The notes under the pieces: generated by a model | Seen by the model: only the letters and a program-made list of their open reading frames with translations | Database searches by the model: none | Told to the model about the DNA's origin: nothing | Program-made: the position numbers and the translations under genes | Shown: one piece after another, positions 28,797-38,767 of the stretch | Layout: every line of letters starts with the position of its first letter | Position numbering within the stretch: the stretch's first letter is position 1 | Source: a virus | Virus record (IMG/VR): IMGVR_UViG_3300042691_032685 | Location: 5,530-69,529 of that record | Length of the DNA: 64,000 bases | Strand: one strand, 5' to 3'

Positions 28797-29576
28797 TTAG
28801 AAGAAACCGCCTTGAGCAGTGATGTGAACCCCTGGACCATAACCAGAAACGTTAGGTCCATCAGGGAAAACGCCAACATAAATACGATCGCCGCGTTCCA
28901 AGTAAATACCTTTGTTGCGTAAAGGCGCTGTTGCGCCAAGACCTGCGGTGTTGCCTGCTTGTGGCACTGGAGCAGCCAGCTGAGGCATCAAATCGGAACA
29001 GTCGACAGTTCCACTGTTTGCTGGAAGAGTCTTGGCGAATAGAACGCGATAATCACCGGAAGCTGGAATCGGTACCGTTGTTCCACGCGTCTGGTAAAAC
29101 ACAAAAGTCACTGCAGGCTGATAGCCGTAAGCAACGCCGTTAAACACAAAACCACTGGTAGTACCACCGGAGTAAACAAGCGATGTGTTAACGCCTGTTA
29201 ATGTCGTTGCTCCGGTGTAGGTGTAGTAACCATAACCACTTGCAGAAGGATTTGCTAAGACCCCAGTGGAAGTAACAAACACAACCTGACCACTGACAAG
29301 AGATATAACAGTGCCAGAAGTCGATGCATTAACGGTGTAATCAACTCCACGGTAAAAATCGTTGCGACTAATCGTGATGGAATCGACTACACCACCGTTG
29401 TTGTTGTCCTCTTCCAGAGCTGCATCCATATCCACAAGGATCGATGGAGCCTGGCCACCTTGTACAAATAAGGTGTTTGCAGTTGCACTACCTACCGTCT
29501 GAGTAGTGACACGAACAGAATCAAATAACGGACGGTCAATAAGCAGTGGTTGCTTATTTGTACTTGTAGAGCTCAC
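28797..29576 (-). CDS. Virion structural (tail-region) protein
   Basis: Beta-rich, late operon. Confidence 0.6.
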   Translation of the reverse strand: MSSTSTNKQPLLIDRPLFDSVRVTTQTVGSATANTLFVQGGQAPSILVDMDAALEEDNNNGGVVDSITISRNDFYRGVDYTVNASTSGTVISLVSGQVVFVTSTGVLANPSASGYGYYTYTGATTLTGVNTSLVYSGGTTSGFVFNGVAYGYQPAVTFVFYQTRGTTVPIPASGDYRVLFAKTLPANSGTVDCSDLMPQLAAPVPQAGNTAGLGATAPLRNKGIYLERGDRIYVGVFPDGPNVSGYGPGVHITAQGGFF

Positions 29577-29607
29577 TTTAACTTCCTGTTTTTACTTATT
29601 ATAAAGG

Positions 29608-30261
29608 TTATTGGCCAACGGCCCCAAACATACTTAAAAACTTAGAAAAAGGAGACTCTGCAGGTTGCTGTGCTTGCAATAGAGGCTGCAGGATAGGAGC
29701 CGCCATTTGTTGTGCAAGCATCAAAAGAACAGGGTCTTTCTCACCAGCGAGTTTGGGTTGTTCCTGCTGCTGTGGTTGAGGTTGTGGTGAGCCGGCCACT
29801 GACGCATTTGTTGGAATATCTCCCAGAACACGGCGTGCGTTTTCGTACAAGTCACCGCCCTTTTTGAAGCGGCGTGCGGCACCTGCCACTGAAGTGCCAA
29901 ATAAATCCTTTGCATTCAAAGAAACATTTGGATTTCCTCCAAGGACTGTTGCATAGGCACGCTCAATGCCCATACCAGGTTTGTATCCACGATCCTGAAA
30001 ATACTGAAGCACCGCTGGCATTTGACCTGCACGAGTTTGTGCACCCGGCTTTAAATACCGTTGCTGTTCAGGTTGACCAAATTGAATCAAACCTTTGTGC
30101 CTTCCTCCTGCTCCTCCAACAATATTGGGATCCATATTAGGGCCGGATTCCAGGGAAAGGAATCCACCAAACTCATAAGGATCTAAACCAAGACGTTGTG
30201 CGCCTTGGATGATTGCCATTCTCTCTTCTTGTGGAAGAATACCAATACGTGGAGTAGCCAT
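29608..30261 (-). CDS. Lysozyme-fold/lytic transglycosylase-like virion protein
   Basis: LES...GLIQFG...YATVLGGNP. Confidence 0.6.
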   Translation of the reverse strand: MATPRIGILPQEERMAIIQGAQRLGLDPYEFGGFLSLESGPNMDPNIVGGAGGRHKGLIQFGQPEQQRYLKPGAQTRAGQMPAVLQYFQDRGYKPGMGIERAYATVLGGNPNVSLNAKDLFGTSVAGAARRFKKGGDLYENARRVLGDIPTNASVAGSPQPQPQQQEQPKLAGEKDPVLLMLAQQMAAPILQPLLQAQQPAESPFSKFLSMFGAVGQ

Positions 30262-30478
30262 GAGACTTGTTTCCTTATTCTCCTACCCAATTTGAATTTG
30301 CCTTAAGACCGGGAGTGAAGACAGCTTGTGTCACTGCAACAAGACTGATGGTTGTAGCAAGGCGTTTAACAAAATTGGGGCAGAGAATCATGGTTTTAAA
30401 GCAACAACACTGGCCCCCGTGAATCAAAAGATTCGTGTCCAGTTGGTTGGTCTTACATGCAAAGCAATGCCAAAAAAA

Positions 30479-31321
30479 TCAGGCTTTAGTCTGATTGAGA
30501 AGAGCTTGGAATTTCTTCGCCATCTCAGGGTCAATTTCTAGGCCCTGTGCTCCGTAGGTAGAAGTCGGGCTAAATGACTGTACTGCTGGTAAACCTTGAG
30601 GAGCATTGACGCCAGGGGGAGGCGTCGTCATGATTTGCTGTGGCATTTGAAAGCCATAGCCCTGAGCAGCTGCTTGACCAGCCAGGGTGCCTTGGACGAC
30701 ATCATAGCCTGCTTGACCAGGCTTGACCTTGGCCGCAAGCTGAGGATTAGCACGTGCCCACATGGCCATGCCAATATCTTCCGCGGATTGCACTTGCTCA
30801 GGCGTTGCATTAGGGCCAACGGCTAGCTGGCGTGCTTTTTCGTAACGCTGAAACTCAGGATCTTGTGCGGTTAACTGCGCCACACGAGATTTCTCTGATT
30901 CATAAGCACGATCTGCAGCAGAAGATCCTCCTCCCACCAGGCTAGAACCAGAACCTGCTCCAGCACCAAGGCTGGTGCTCGACTTGGCAGGATAGAGAAG
31001 GCGTCCGCTTACGGCATCATAAATATTGCCTTGTGCATCTTGATAGCTAGGCTGAACAGCTGGACGACCACCTCCCCTCGAATAACCAAAACCACCTCCT
31101 TGTGGAGCATTGAGACTATCGGGAATAGTTCCCCAGCTCTGTGCTAATTTTTGTCTGCCTGTGGGCTGAGGTTTGGCTTGTGGTTTGTTGGTTAAAGCAC
31201 TAACGCCAGCACCGATGCCAGCCATTCCAAGCCCAATACCTGCCTGCTGAAGAAGTGGAATACCAACACGTCCAATAAGGCTAGCGCCCTGTAAAGCAGG
31301 TCCAACGAATCCGATTGGCAT
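30479..31321 (-). CDS. Gly/Ala/Gln-rich putative internal virion protein
   Basis: N-terminal hydrophobic Gly-rich segment, late operon. Confidence 0.55.
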   Translation of the reverse strand: MPIGFVGPALQGASLIGRVGIPLLQQAGIGLGMAGIGAGVSALTNKPQAKPQPTGRQKLAQSWGTIPDSLNAPQGGGFGYSRGGGRPAVQPSYQDAQGNIYDAVSGRLLYPAKSSTSLGAGAGSGSSLVGGGSSAADRAYESEKSRVAQLTAQDPEFQRYEKARQLAVGPNATPEQVQSAEDIGMAMWARANPQLAAKVKPGQAGYDVVQGTLAGQAAAQGYGFQMPQQIMTTPPPGVNAPQGLPAVQSFSPTSTYGAQGLEIDPEMAKKFQALLNQTKA

Positions 31322-31323
31322 AA

Positions 31324-31785
31324 TTACCTCCAAGCCTCATTTAAATAAATACGTGAACCAACAGCAGTGTCGGCGGGGCCAGGCAAAGCCTGAATGAATT
31401 CAGCGCCAGAACGTTCGTAGCGATACCTTGCTTGGAATGGATCCTTATAGTTCGGGACGTAAAGGATTCCAGCTAAACGATTTGTTTCGTAGAGATAAAT
31501 CTCATCCCAAACTTTTAAAGCTTCTTTAGCATTGCTGGAACGAATCGTACGATCAACGTCACCAATAATGCTTTCCAAGCGAGTAGACGGCGAAGTTGCA
31601 ACTTCCGTCTTCTTCTCTGCAGTATCACAGCGACCAAGCTGGATAACAATCTTGTTATAGAAATACGAATCTGGGACCGTATTCATCGCTTCTTCCAGCC
31701 TGGCATAGTCGCCCGCTGGCACGGAAACCGTGAAGTAGCCCAGGTGATACCGGACCCTACTCTTGTCAAAATCGCTGAGTTGCAC
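31324..31785 (-). CDS. Putative head-tail adaptor
   Basis: LSDFDKSRVRYHLGY N-terminus; position after capsid genes. Confidence 0.5.
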   Translation of the reverse strand: MQLSDFDKSRVRYHLGYFTVSVPAGDYARLEEAMNTVPDSYFYNKIVIQLGRCDTAEKKTEVATSPSTRLESIIGDVDRTIRSSNAKEALKVWDEIYLYETNRLAGILYVPNYKDPFQARYRYERSGAEFIQALPGPADTAVGSRIYLNEAWR

Positions 31786-31820
31786 AGCCTATTTCCGTAT
31801 GTTTTTAATTATAAAGTACG

Positions 31821-32495
31821 TCAACCAAGCAAAGGATTTGTGATTCCAGGCTGTACAAATTGCTGGTACATTTGCTGAAATTTTGCCATTGGATCGCTAC
31901 GTTTTTGCGGTGTTAATAATCCTTGGAGCAGCCCTGCTTCCACGTAGTCATTAATGTAAGCATTTAAAAAATCTTTAGCGTTTTCTTCTTTATCCGCTGT
32001 CTCAGTTGTTTCGGTAGTTTGAGTAGGGGATTCTTTTCCTCGTGTTGTTGATGCTTGCGGTAATTCACTTAAATGAAAAGTTTGTAATTCATAGGGTCCC
32101 GTACGCAAGCTAGATACATTCCCTGCACCACCAAGGTTTGAATGTGTTGCAACAGAACCTTGACCGAGGAAACGTAATTGAGTTCCTTCCGGTAGCCCAT
32201 AATCTTCTCCTCTGTGTTCACGCATGTCTCCATGGACTGGATGCTTGCGCATGCCCATGGGACTGGTTAGTACGGCTGTTGGATTGAGAGCGAATCCGTC
32301 ACCTTGCTTTGAATAAAAAGACTGCCAATCCTCTTTACCTGGCAATCGAAATTGAAGATATTGTCCAATATCAGTGCGAGCCGTTGAGAAAGGAATGAGC
32401 TTGCCATTCTTCCTTAACTCAAAGTGCGCATGCGGACCACTGGATACACCAGTAGAACCAACCTTTCCTTTGTATAGGGCGGGACCGGAATACAT
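31821..32495 (-). CDS. M23 peptidase, circularly permuted
   Basis: GSTGVSSGPHAHFE precedes HRGEDYG. Confidence 0.75.
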   Translation of the reverse strand: MYSGPALYKGKVGSTGVSSGPHAHFELRKNGKLIPFSTARTDIGQYLQFRLPGKEDWQSFYSKQGDGFALNPTAVLTSPMGMRKHPVHGDMREHRGEDYGLPEGTQLRFLGQGSVATHSNLGGAGNVSSLRTGPYELQTFHLSELPQASTTRGKESPTQTTETTETADKEENAKDFLNAYINDYVEAGLLQGLLTPQKRSDPMAKFQQMYQQFVQPGITNPLLG

Positions 32496-32525
32496 ATCTT
32501 TCTTTTTATTTTTAATTGTAAGACT

Positions 32526-32550
32526 AAAAAACCCCTGGTTTCCCAGGGGC
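32526..32550 (-). terminator. Rho-independent terminator of capsid operon
   Basis: Minus strand GCCCCTGG-GAAA-CCAGGGGT followed by a T run. Confidence 0.85.
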
Positions 32551-32569
32551 TATTTATTGGAGATGAATA

Positions 32570-32998
32570 TCAGACTCGAATGAGATCTGCTGCAAGAACT
32601 GCGTCCCAATCAACGCGTTTAATTTGTTTCAGTTGTTCGAGATTGTTAAACCTTTCACCCGATAAGGACATTTGAAGATCTTTAATCTCTCGGGCTGTTT
32701 TCAATCCGATACCCTTGATATGATCAGCGATCATTTGGGCAGTAGCCGAATTGATATTTAAACGGTTGTCCGGGGGAAAAGTGCGAGGTTCTTCCTGCGC
32801 CGCTTTATCTTTTACCTGAAGGGTTTGCACCTTCTTGGTAGCTGCTTCATCAGGAGTGAGTTCAGTTCGATAAGCGGTATAAAGGCGACCGTCCTGGTCT
32901 TCAACCATGAACCAATCGCCGTTATCCCATTCGCTAACAACCTTTACTCGTGCACCTGTCTTTTTGTGCTGATAAAGCATTGCTGGAATAGTTGTCAT
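32570..32998 (-). CDS. Helix-hairpin-helix (ComEA/PsbU-like) domain protein
   Basis: LNINSATAQMI..HIKGIGLKTA..I...GERFNNLEQL. Confidence 0.75.
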   Translation of the reverse strand: MTTIPAMLYQHKKTGARVKVVSEWDNGDWFMVEDQDGRLYTAYRTELTPDEAATKKVQTLQVKDKAAQEEPRTFPPDNRLNINSATAQMIADHIKGIGLKTAREIKDLQMSLSGERFNNLEQLKQIKRVDWDAVLAADLIRV

Positions 32999-33033
32999 AG
33001 GACCAGAGATCATCTGGTCCTAGTTTAACTTAC

Positions 33034-33825
33034 TCAGCTAACAGTGCGGCCAAGAAGATAACCATCGATATCTTCGTAACCAGCTGCATTGTCGGGCTGG
33101 ATGTAGCACACTTCAACCACGAAGTAACCGGTGCGGCCGGCACTTGCGTCGCCGCTGGAGATGTACCAACCACCAGAGGTGGAGGTAGCGGTCTGCGATT
33201 CGCGGGCCTGAACGGTGTAAGTGGTGGCGCCAGTGATGCTCTTGTAGACGTTGTTAACGGCCACACCAGCAGCACCGGTGGCGGTTAGGAAGGGGTTGGC
33301 GCTGTAAGCCTCGGTACCACCAGCAAAGAAGATTTCGCCAGGCTGAGAGCCAGAGGTGGTGGAGGTCAGGTTTGCCTGAGCAACAGCTTCGCCCACGGTA
33401 CCGGTCGAGGTCAGACCAGGACCGAAGGTGATCACGTTACCGGTGGCGGCATACACACCAGAAGCAACGCGACCGTCACCCCAACCAGAGGCCACGGATG
33501 CAGTGGCGCGATAGATGTAAGCAGGGTTGGTGGCATTACCAGAGATCACCATGCCGGTGATGTCAGGACGGGTGTCGTCATTCCGGTAAGGGGAAGGAAC
33601 GATCACGCTGCCGGAAGCGACTGCACCAGCACCAGAGGTAGCGGTCACAGCCACGTAACCACGCTGCTGGAAGTAGCGGTAGCCAGGGATGGCCAGCACC
33701 GAAGTAGGGCCACCCTTGGAACCTTCGTTGGTACCATCGCCATTATTGTCGATGTTCTTGTACCAACCGTTCAGAGGCTCTGCCCAGTTACCTGGGAAGA
33801 TCTTTTTAGCGGACAAATAGGTCAT
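33034..33825 (-). CDS. Probable capsid decoration/minor capsid protein
   Basis: Follows MCP, same strong C-ending codon bias. Confidence 0.6.
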   Translation of the reverse strand: MTYLSAKKIFPGNWAEPLNGWYKNIDNNGDGTNEGSKGGPTSVLAIPGYRYFQQRGYVAVTATSGAGAVASGSVIVPSPYRNDDTRPDITGMVISGNATNPAYIYRATASVASGWGDGRVASGVYAATGNVITFGPGLTSTGTVGEAVAQANLTSTTSGSQPGEIFFAGGTEAYSANPFLTATGAAGVAVNNVYKSITGATTYTVQARESQTATSTSGGWYISSGDASAGRTGYFVVEVCYIQPDNAAGYEDIDGYLLGRTVS

Positions 33826-33861
33826 TTATCTTTTCCTATGTTGTTGTTTATAGGTTAATTA

Positions 33862-35025
33862 TCAGACGGTGCCGTCATCAGACACGAAGCTGAATGCGGT
33901 GGTCACGAAGTCCTTGTTCAGGATCTCGAAGCCAGCGTACAGTTGCCAGATCAGGATGATGAAACGGCTGAAGTCATCGTTGTTATTGATCAGCACCTGA
34001 GCGTTCGGGCCGCCGATACCAACACCGATTGCCTGAGGACCGAAGAAGTAACCCTGAGCAACTTCTTGAGAGGTGTAGCTGGAACCACCGTTGAAGGAGG
34101 CACTCACGTTCTTGGTCGGGAAGTTGGTCGACTCGAAGAACTTAACGCCTTCAAACTGCACACCAGTCGGCATTACAGGCTCACCAGCCAGGAAGTAGCC
34201 CTGACCAGCTTGGGGACCCATGTAGAAGCTGGCGTTGTTAGGCATCATGGGGTTACCCATGTACATGCCTTGACCAGGGTTGCCGCTGTAACGTGCGATC
34301 TCACGGAAGTCAGGATCACGACGCAGGTGCATCATGAAAGTGGGATCGCAAATGCAACGATACAGACCATCAGCGAAGGTCGGCACGTTGCGCTTACGCA
34401 GGTCCTTAACAACGGTCAGCAGGTCGGTACGAACCTGGAACTGTTGAACTTCGTTGCCGTACTCAGTGGCGCTGTAGCTAACTTGACCAGAAGCGTTCTT
34501 AGTCTTGCCACCAGCGAAGTAGTAACCACCTTGGGTGGTAGAAGCGGCACCGTTTGCTTCGGCTTTGGCCAGTTCGTCAATGAAGACGCGGTCACGCCAA
34601 CGGCGGTAGTCGTCCAGCAGAGTCAGGCTGCCGATCGACTGGTGGAACATATTCAGGTTACCGGTGTCCAGCAGCAGACGCTGGGCGGTAATCAGAGTTT
34701 CACGAGCAATCTTGAAGGTCGAAGGCTGGGTCGGATCGCCCGGATCAGCAGGACCGGTGTATTCCTTAAGCACCACCAGGACCTTCTCCTTGGTGATGTT
34801 CCGGCTGTTGGCCGTACCGATGGTCTGGTCGGACACGCGCTCACGGCTGTCCTTGGTACCAGGGGTACCCCAGAACTTATAGCGGTCTAACTGAACGGTT
34901 TGACCAGGCTGACGGGTGAAGTCGTGAACCACCACAGGCTCCACTGCCATTTCGGCAATGTAAGCAGGGTGAGGACGGTAAAGTTCCGCACCCAGAATCT
35001 TTGGAAAGTCGTTATCAATGAACAC
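33862..35025 (-). CDS. Major capsid protein
   Basis: 387 aa, DFTRQPGQTV and NDDFSRF motifs, GGAGG SD, strongest codon bias, after scaffold. Confidence 0.85.
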   Translation of the reverse strand: MFIDNDFPKILGAELYRPHPAYIAEMAVEPVVVHDFTRQPGQTVQLDRYKFWGTPGTKDSRERVSDQTIGTANSRNITKEKVLVVLKEYTGPADPGDPTQPSTFKIARETLITAQRLLLDTGNLNMFHQSIGSLTLLDDYRRWRDRVFIDELAKAEANGAASTTQGGYYFAGGKTKNASGQVSYSATEYGNEVQQFQVRTDLLTVVKDLRKRNVPTFADGLYRCICDPTFMMHLRRDPDFREIARYSGNPGQGMYMGNPMMPNNASFYMGPQAGQGYFLAGEPVMPTGVQFEGVKFFESTNFPTKNVSASFNGGSSYTSQEVAQGYFFGPQAIGVGIGGPNAQVLINNNDDFSRFIILIWQLYAGFEILNKDFVTTAFSFVSDDGTV

Positions 35026-35127
35026 TTTGTTTTATCCTCCAGTGTCGCAGGAAGTGTTTTATCGGGTGAAAGATTCAGACACCGTGTGTCTTATCTAACA
35101 CAAATTTTAGCAGTCCGTAATTTAATA

Positions 35128-35685
35128 TCACACGTACTGCATAGTCGTGGCACCAAGACCACGGGGATTTTGTGAAACGTAAGGCGATTCAGGGTCAATT
35201 GCACCACCTTGTTGGAAACCAGGTACACCCATGGCGCCAGGAATAGCGCCAAGTGCTACACCACCAAGGGCCGCCGTTAAAGCACTGGCAGGAACTAAAC
35301 CTGCAGCAGCAGCTTTGCCAAGACCTCGTTCAAATTGGCCTTGTTGAGGAATCGGTAAATTAGCCGAGCCTGAAAGCAAGGCCTCAAGTCCCTTTTGTTC
35401 AAGAGATTTAGGCATACCTTCAGCTTTCTGACGTGTTTCTAGTTGAACAGCTTTGTTTAAAAGCTCCAAATCAGCTGCTTGTTTTCCCGAAAGACCTGCT
35501 TTATACAGACCTGGAGCATACTTACCAGCAAGTGCACGAGCACCTAACAAGCCAGCACGACCACCAAGAGCACCGGCACCTGCAGCAAGAGCAGCAGACC
35601 CTGGATCTTCACCTTGAGAAAGGGCGTACCCACCGGTCGCTAAACCAGCAGCGGCAGGTACACCATACTTAAGAAGTGGACGCAT
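35128..35685 (-). CDS. Gly/Ala-rich hydrophobic virion protein
   Basis: Several Gly/Ala helices. Confidence 0.55.
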   Translation of the reverse strand: MRPLLKYGVPAAAGLATGGYALSQGEDPGSAALAAGAGALGGRAGLLGARALAGKYAPGLYKAGLSGKQAADLELLNKAVQLETRQKAEGMPKSLEQKGLEALLSGSANLPIPQQGQFERGLGKAAAAGLVPASALTAALGGVALGAIPGAMGVPGFQQGGAIDPESPYVSQNPRGLGATTMQYV

Positions 35686-35689
35686 GGTC

Positions 35690-36652
35690 TCACTCCATCA
35701 CAAACAGCTTGTTTGCAACAACTTGAGGCTGGGCGTGATTCAGAAGACGCCAGGCGTTTGCAGGATCCACATCCATTTGCTGCTTAAAGCTGCCCCAGAA
35801 ATTCTCGGGCTGCTGAGGAGCAGAAGCAGAAGGAGGTGCAGGGAATTGGCCCAGCATGGGATTCACTGCTTCGGTGCGATAACCAGGGGTCTCCAGTTCA
35901 ACTTCGCTCTCATACACAGGGTATGGACCTTCAGGACCGAAGAACTTCAGGGTGTAATCACTGAGGACATCGGGGTTGGTCAGGATCTCGTTATAAGCCA
36001 GGTTCTCTTGGTGCTCATTGACCGCAAACTCGGCATAGCCTTCGATCAGACCTTTGGCTTGAGTGCCCCAGGCAACTGCACTATCCAGCATATTTTCCAG
36101 CTGGAGGGCGTAGTTGTTGAGGATGGCTGGTGCTTCAACGCCGTACGCGCTTACCACGTGGCGGGTTTCGTTGCTCCACTGGAGCAGATTGGCTACGTCC
36201 TCCAACGAGGGATTCGAGGAGGTTGGGGAAGAGTTGGGCGAGTATGCCTGGTTGGCTTGCCAGGTCTGCTGAGCCGATTGTTGCGTAGCTGGGCTGGCTT
36301 GCTGGCCGTAGTTCGCCGGGGCGTACTGAATCGTCGGTGCTGACGGTTGACCCTGGAACGGGGATTGAACTGGTGCGCTCAGCAGGTTCACCACCTTGTT
36401 GAACGCCGATTCCCATGGGTTGCCCTGACTCTCCGATGGGGATTGGGGGGCGTACTGAGTAGGGGCGGATTGGTAGCTGGGGGCCGCCTGAGGTACTGCC
36501 TGGGGGTAGCTGGTACCCACCTGATACGCCACTGGAGCCTGAGCCGGAGCTGCTTGGTAGCTGCTGGGAGCCGGTGCCACGTAGCTGCTCGGAGCCACCG
36601 CTGCCGGAACTTGGCTCGTCTGTGGGATCGATTGGACGGTAGCGTCCTGCAT
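35690..36652 (-). CDS. Probable scaffolding protein
   Basis: Pro/Gln/Ala-rich N-terminus; between portal and MCP; AGGAG SD. Confidence 0.65.
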   Translation of the reverse strand: MQDATVQSIPQTSQVPAAVAPSSYVAPAPSSYQAAPAQAPVAYQVGTSYPQAVPQAAPSYQSAPTQYAPQSPSESQGNPWESAFNKVVNLLSAPVQSPFQGQPSAPTIQYAPANYGQQASPATQQSAQQTWQANQAYSPNSSPTSSNPSLEDVANLLQWSNETRHVVSAYGVEAPAILNNYALQLENMLDSAVAWGTQAKGLIEGYAEFAVNEHQENLAYNEILTNPDVLSDYTLKFFGPEGPYPVYESEVELETPGYRTEAVNPMLGQFPAPPSASAPQQPENFWGSFKQQMDVDPANAWRLLNHAQPQVVANKLFVME

Positions 36653-38399
36653 AACTCATCTCCTTTTGTAGAGCTTCTAATGTTCGATACAGATATGGCG
36701 TTAAATCCAATCTTGGATCCGCAGCCATCGGAAGATCCGGTGCTTGCGGGTGGGGAGTCTGCATCATTCCCCCCACTAGTTTAGCGAATGCGGAGTATGC
36801 ACCCTGCAATTCGTTCACCATCCTGAACGGGAACCCAGATAACATCTCGGCCCGTTCCTCATCCGTCTTAGACGGGAAGAGGTATTTCAGTGCTTCAATG
36901 CTATCAACACCTAATTCCTGCAAGTTTCTGACAACAATGGAGTTGTTCAAGATGTCCTGCGTGGAATCTTCGTATACGGGTCCCAGCCAACGCCAAAGAA
37001 CCGTAATATCTCCGTCAGGAATAAGACCCATGACTCCTGGTGGAATCATTTGAGTCTCAATGCACGCCATCATAATGCGCTTTAGTTTTTCGTTGTATTG
37101 ATCTAATGCTTGCTCGTATGCAGTTTCAGCTTCCGGTGGGGCACCTGGCTCAAGATCCACTGGTTTTTCAAGTCCTGCAGCAGCTGCAAGTGTTGTCTTG
37201 AACAGCTGTTCTTCTTGATAAATAATTAGTTCAAGGCACCTACAAATGCCATGAGTGTAAATAGCATTTGCTTTTTTCTTAGATGTTGCAGACACACGTC
37301 CAAACAAGGACTTGTATTCTGTAGCGGTAACACCTGCGGAAATAGAAAGTTCGTCAACACCGCCAAGAGCTGTACGAATCTCTTCCCTGTATTGACGAGC
37401 AAACGCGTTTTGGTCGCCAGTGATTGCATCTGGGACGATGTAACCGACTCGGTCGTTAGGTTCCAGGTTTGCGATCACCCGTGGCACCCTGAGCTGTCCA
37501 TCGACGCCACGACTGACGGGATCAGCCTTGAACATTGAACGGCTCAACGGTGCTGGACTCGTAAAGCCTGAGTTTGCAGCAATGGAAGGACGCTGAACAG
37601 AAACATCGCTTCCTGCTTCCATCAGGTCTGTTTTAGGACGAGAAGAAAGCAGTGTTGGATTCCCAAAGAATGTGATGTTTTTGCGGATGGTACGCATCAA
37701 ATCATCATGGGTGCAGATGTGATTAGCCATCGCATCAAACTCACCCACACCCTCGGTCGAGAAACCTTGTGGATTATTGAGAATCTCGACACAAGGAATG
37801 AAGCCAAGACTGTTTTTAAACTGACGAGTATTACCAGTTAATGCGTACGTTGGCATGTCGAATGACATCTCGCCATCCGAGTGCGTTTCTTCAATTTCTT
37901 GTGATTTAATTGACAGACGAATATAACGTTTTGCCCCAGGGCTATATGTGCTTTTAGTCCCTGTTAGGTTGGTTGTGTTTAACTGATCACCAAAACCCTG
38001 GCCCCGACGAACCTTGTAGCTATAGATAATGATTACTTCATCAAGCTCACCGTCAACGTTGTAGTACGTCCTGTACTCGTGTTCACGGAAGTAATAAAGT
38101 CTATAACTCTGCTTGGTTGGACGAATATAAAAAAGACCTTTGCCATCACAAAGGAAATACTCCCAGATGGAATCAAGGCGTGTATCTAATTTGTTGTACT
38201 TGATAACACGGTCAAGAAAGTCTTTTCTCTGCGCACCAAAATTATCTTGAGACGGAAAGAACTCGACACCCTGACGTATGCCGAATAACTTCATCTGAGC
38301 AATATGCGATGCGACAACGCTGGTATCTACAACAATGTTGCTATCTTTATCAAGATAGGCATTGATGATCTCCTGTAGACGACCTTTTGCGTCGGACAT
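36135..38399 (-). CDS. Portal protein
   Basis: Size, position between terL and scaffold, LGFIPCVEI..N pattern. Confidence 0.75.
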   Translation of the reverse strand: MSDAKGRLQEIINAYLDKDSNIVVDTSVVASHIAQMKLFGIRQGVEFFPSQDNFGAQRKDFLDRVIKYNKLDTRLDSIWEYFLCDGKGLFYIRPTKQSYRLYYFREHEYRTYYNVDGELDEVIIIYSYKVRRGQGFGDQLNTTNLTGTKSTYSPGAKRYIRLSIKSQEIEETHSDGEMSFDMPTYALTGNTRQFKNSLGFIPCVEILNNPQGFSTEGVGEFDAMANHICTHDDLMRTIRKNITFFGNPTLLSSRPKTDLMEAGSDVSVQRPSIAANSGFTSPAPLSRSMFKADPVSRGVDGQLRVPRVIANLEPNDRVGYIVPDAITGDQNAFARQYREEIRTALGGVDELSISAGVTATEYKSLFGRVSATSKKKANAIYTHGICRCLELIIYQEEQLFKTTLAAAAGLEKPVDLEPGAPPEAETAYEQALDQYNEKLKRIMMACIETQMIPPGVMGLIPDGDITVLWRWLGPVYEDSTQDILNNSIVVRNLQELGVDSIEALKYLFPSKTDEERAEMLSGFPFRMVNELQGAYSAFAKLVGGMMQTPHPQAPDLPMAADPRLDLTPYLYRTLEALQKEMSYAGRYRPIDPTDEPSSGSGGSEQLRGTGSQQLPSSSGSGSSGVSGGYQLPPGSTSGGPQLPIRPYSVRPPIPIGESGQPMGIGVQQGGEPAERTSSIPVPGSTVSTDDSVRPGELRPASQPSYATIGSADLASQPGILAQLFPNLLESLVGGRSQSAPVEQRNPPRGKRVRR

Positions 38400-38434
38400 T
38401 ACCTATTCCTCTTTTCTTTTAATGGTAGCAGTTT

Positions 38435-38767
38435 TCAGGAAACAAACTTGTTCTGAAAACCTGCTGGCATCTGACCTGCTTGTGGCCCCATGTAAAACTG
38501 TGCGTTATCAATAAGAGCTCCCGTATTGCCCATTGGAGCCATGCCGGGCATTCCTTGTGCTTGCTGAAAAGGGAATGTACCGTTCTTAAGCTGCTCCCGA
38601 ACACGCTGGATATTTTCCTGCAGTTTTTGTCCTTGAGGAGTTTGTTGAAAACGTTCTTGGAAACGCTGTTGAATTTCAGCTTCTGGCATGAAATAACCAG
38701 GGCTACCAGCCATCAGAGTTTGTCCAGGTGCACCTGGAACATTGCTCTCGCCGTAATATCGAATCAT
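38435..38767 (-). CDS. Gln-rich hypothetical protein
   Basis: ORF. Confidence 0.55.
   Translation of the reverse strand: MIRYYGESNVPGAPGQTLMAGSPGYFMPEAEIQQRFQERFQQTPQGQKLQENIQRVREQLKNGTFPFQQAQGMPGMAPMGNTGALIDNAQFYMGPQAGQMPAGFQNKFVS

Noticed and set aside
30395-30465. Intergenic hairpin (GAATC-TTTT-GATTC) before a short minus-strand ORF, as a glutamine/downstream-peptide riboswitch
   Set aside because: Lacks the consensus nucleotides I recall for those riboswitches; single copy
33943-34890. 315-aa antisense ORF over the major capsid gene (also 35684-36343, 42512-42961, 5952-6359)
   Set aside because: Shadow ORFs expected from strong codon bias on the real strand; no motifs or start signals
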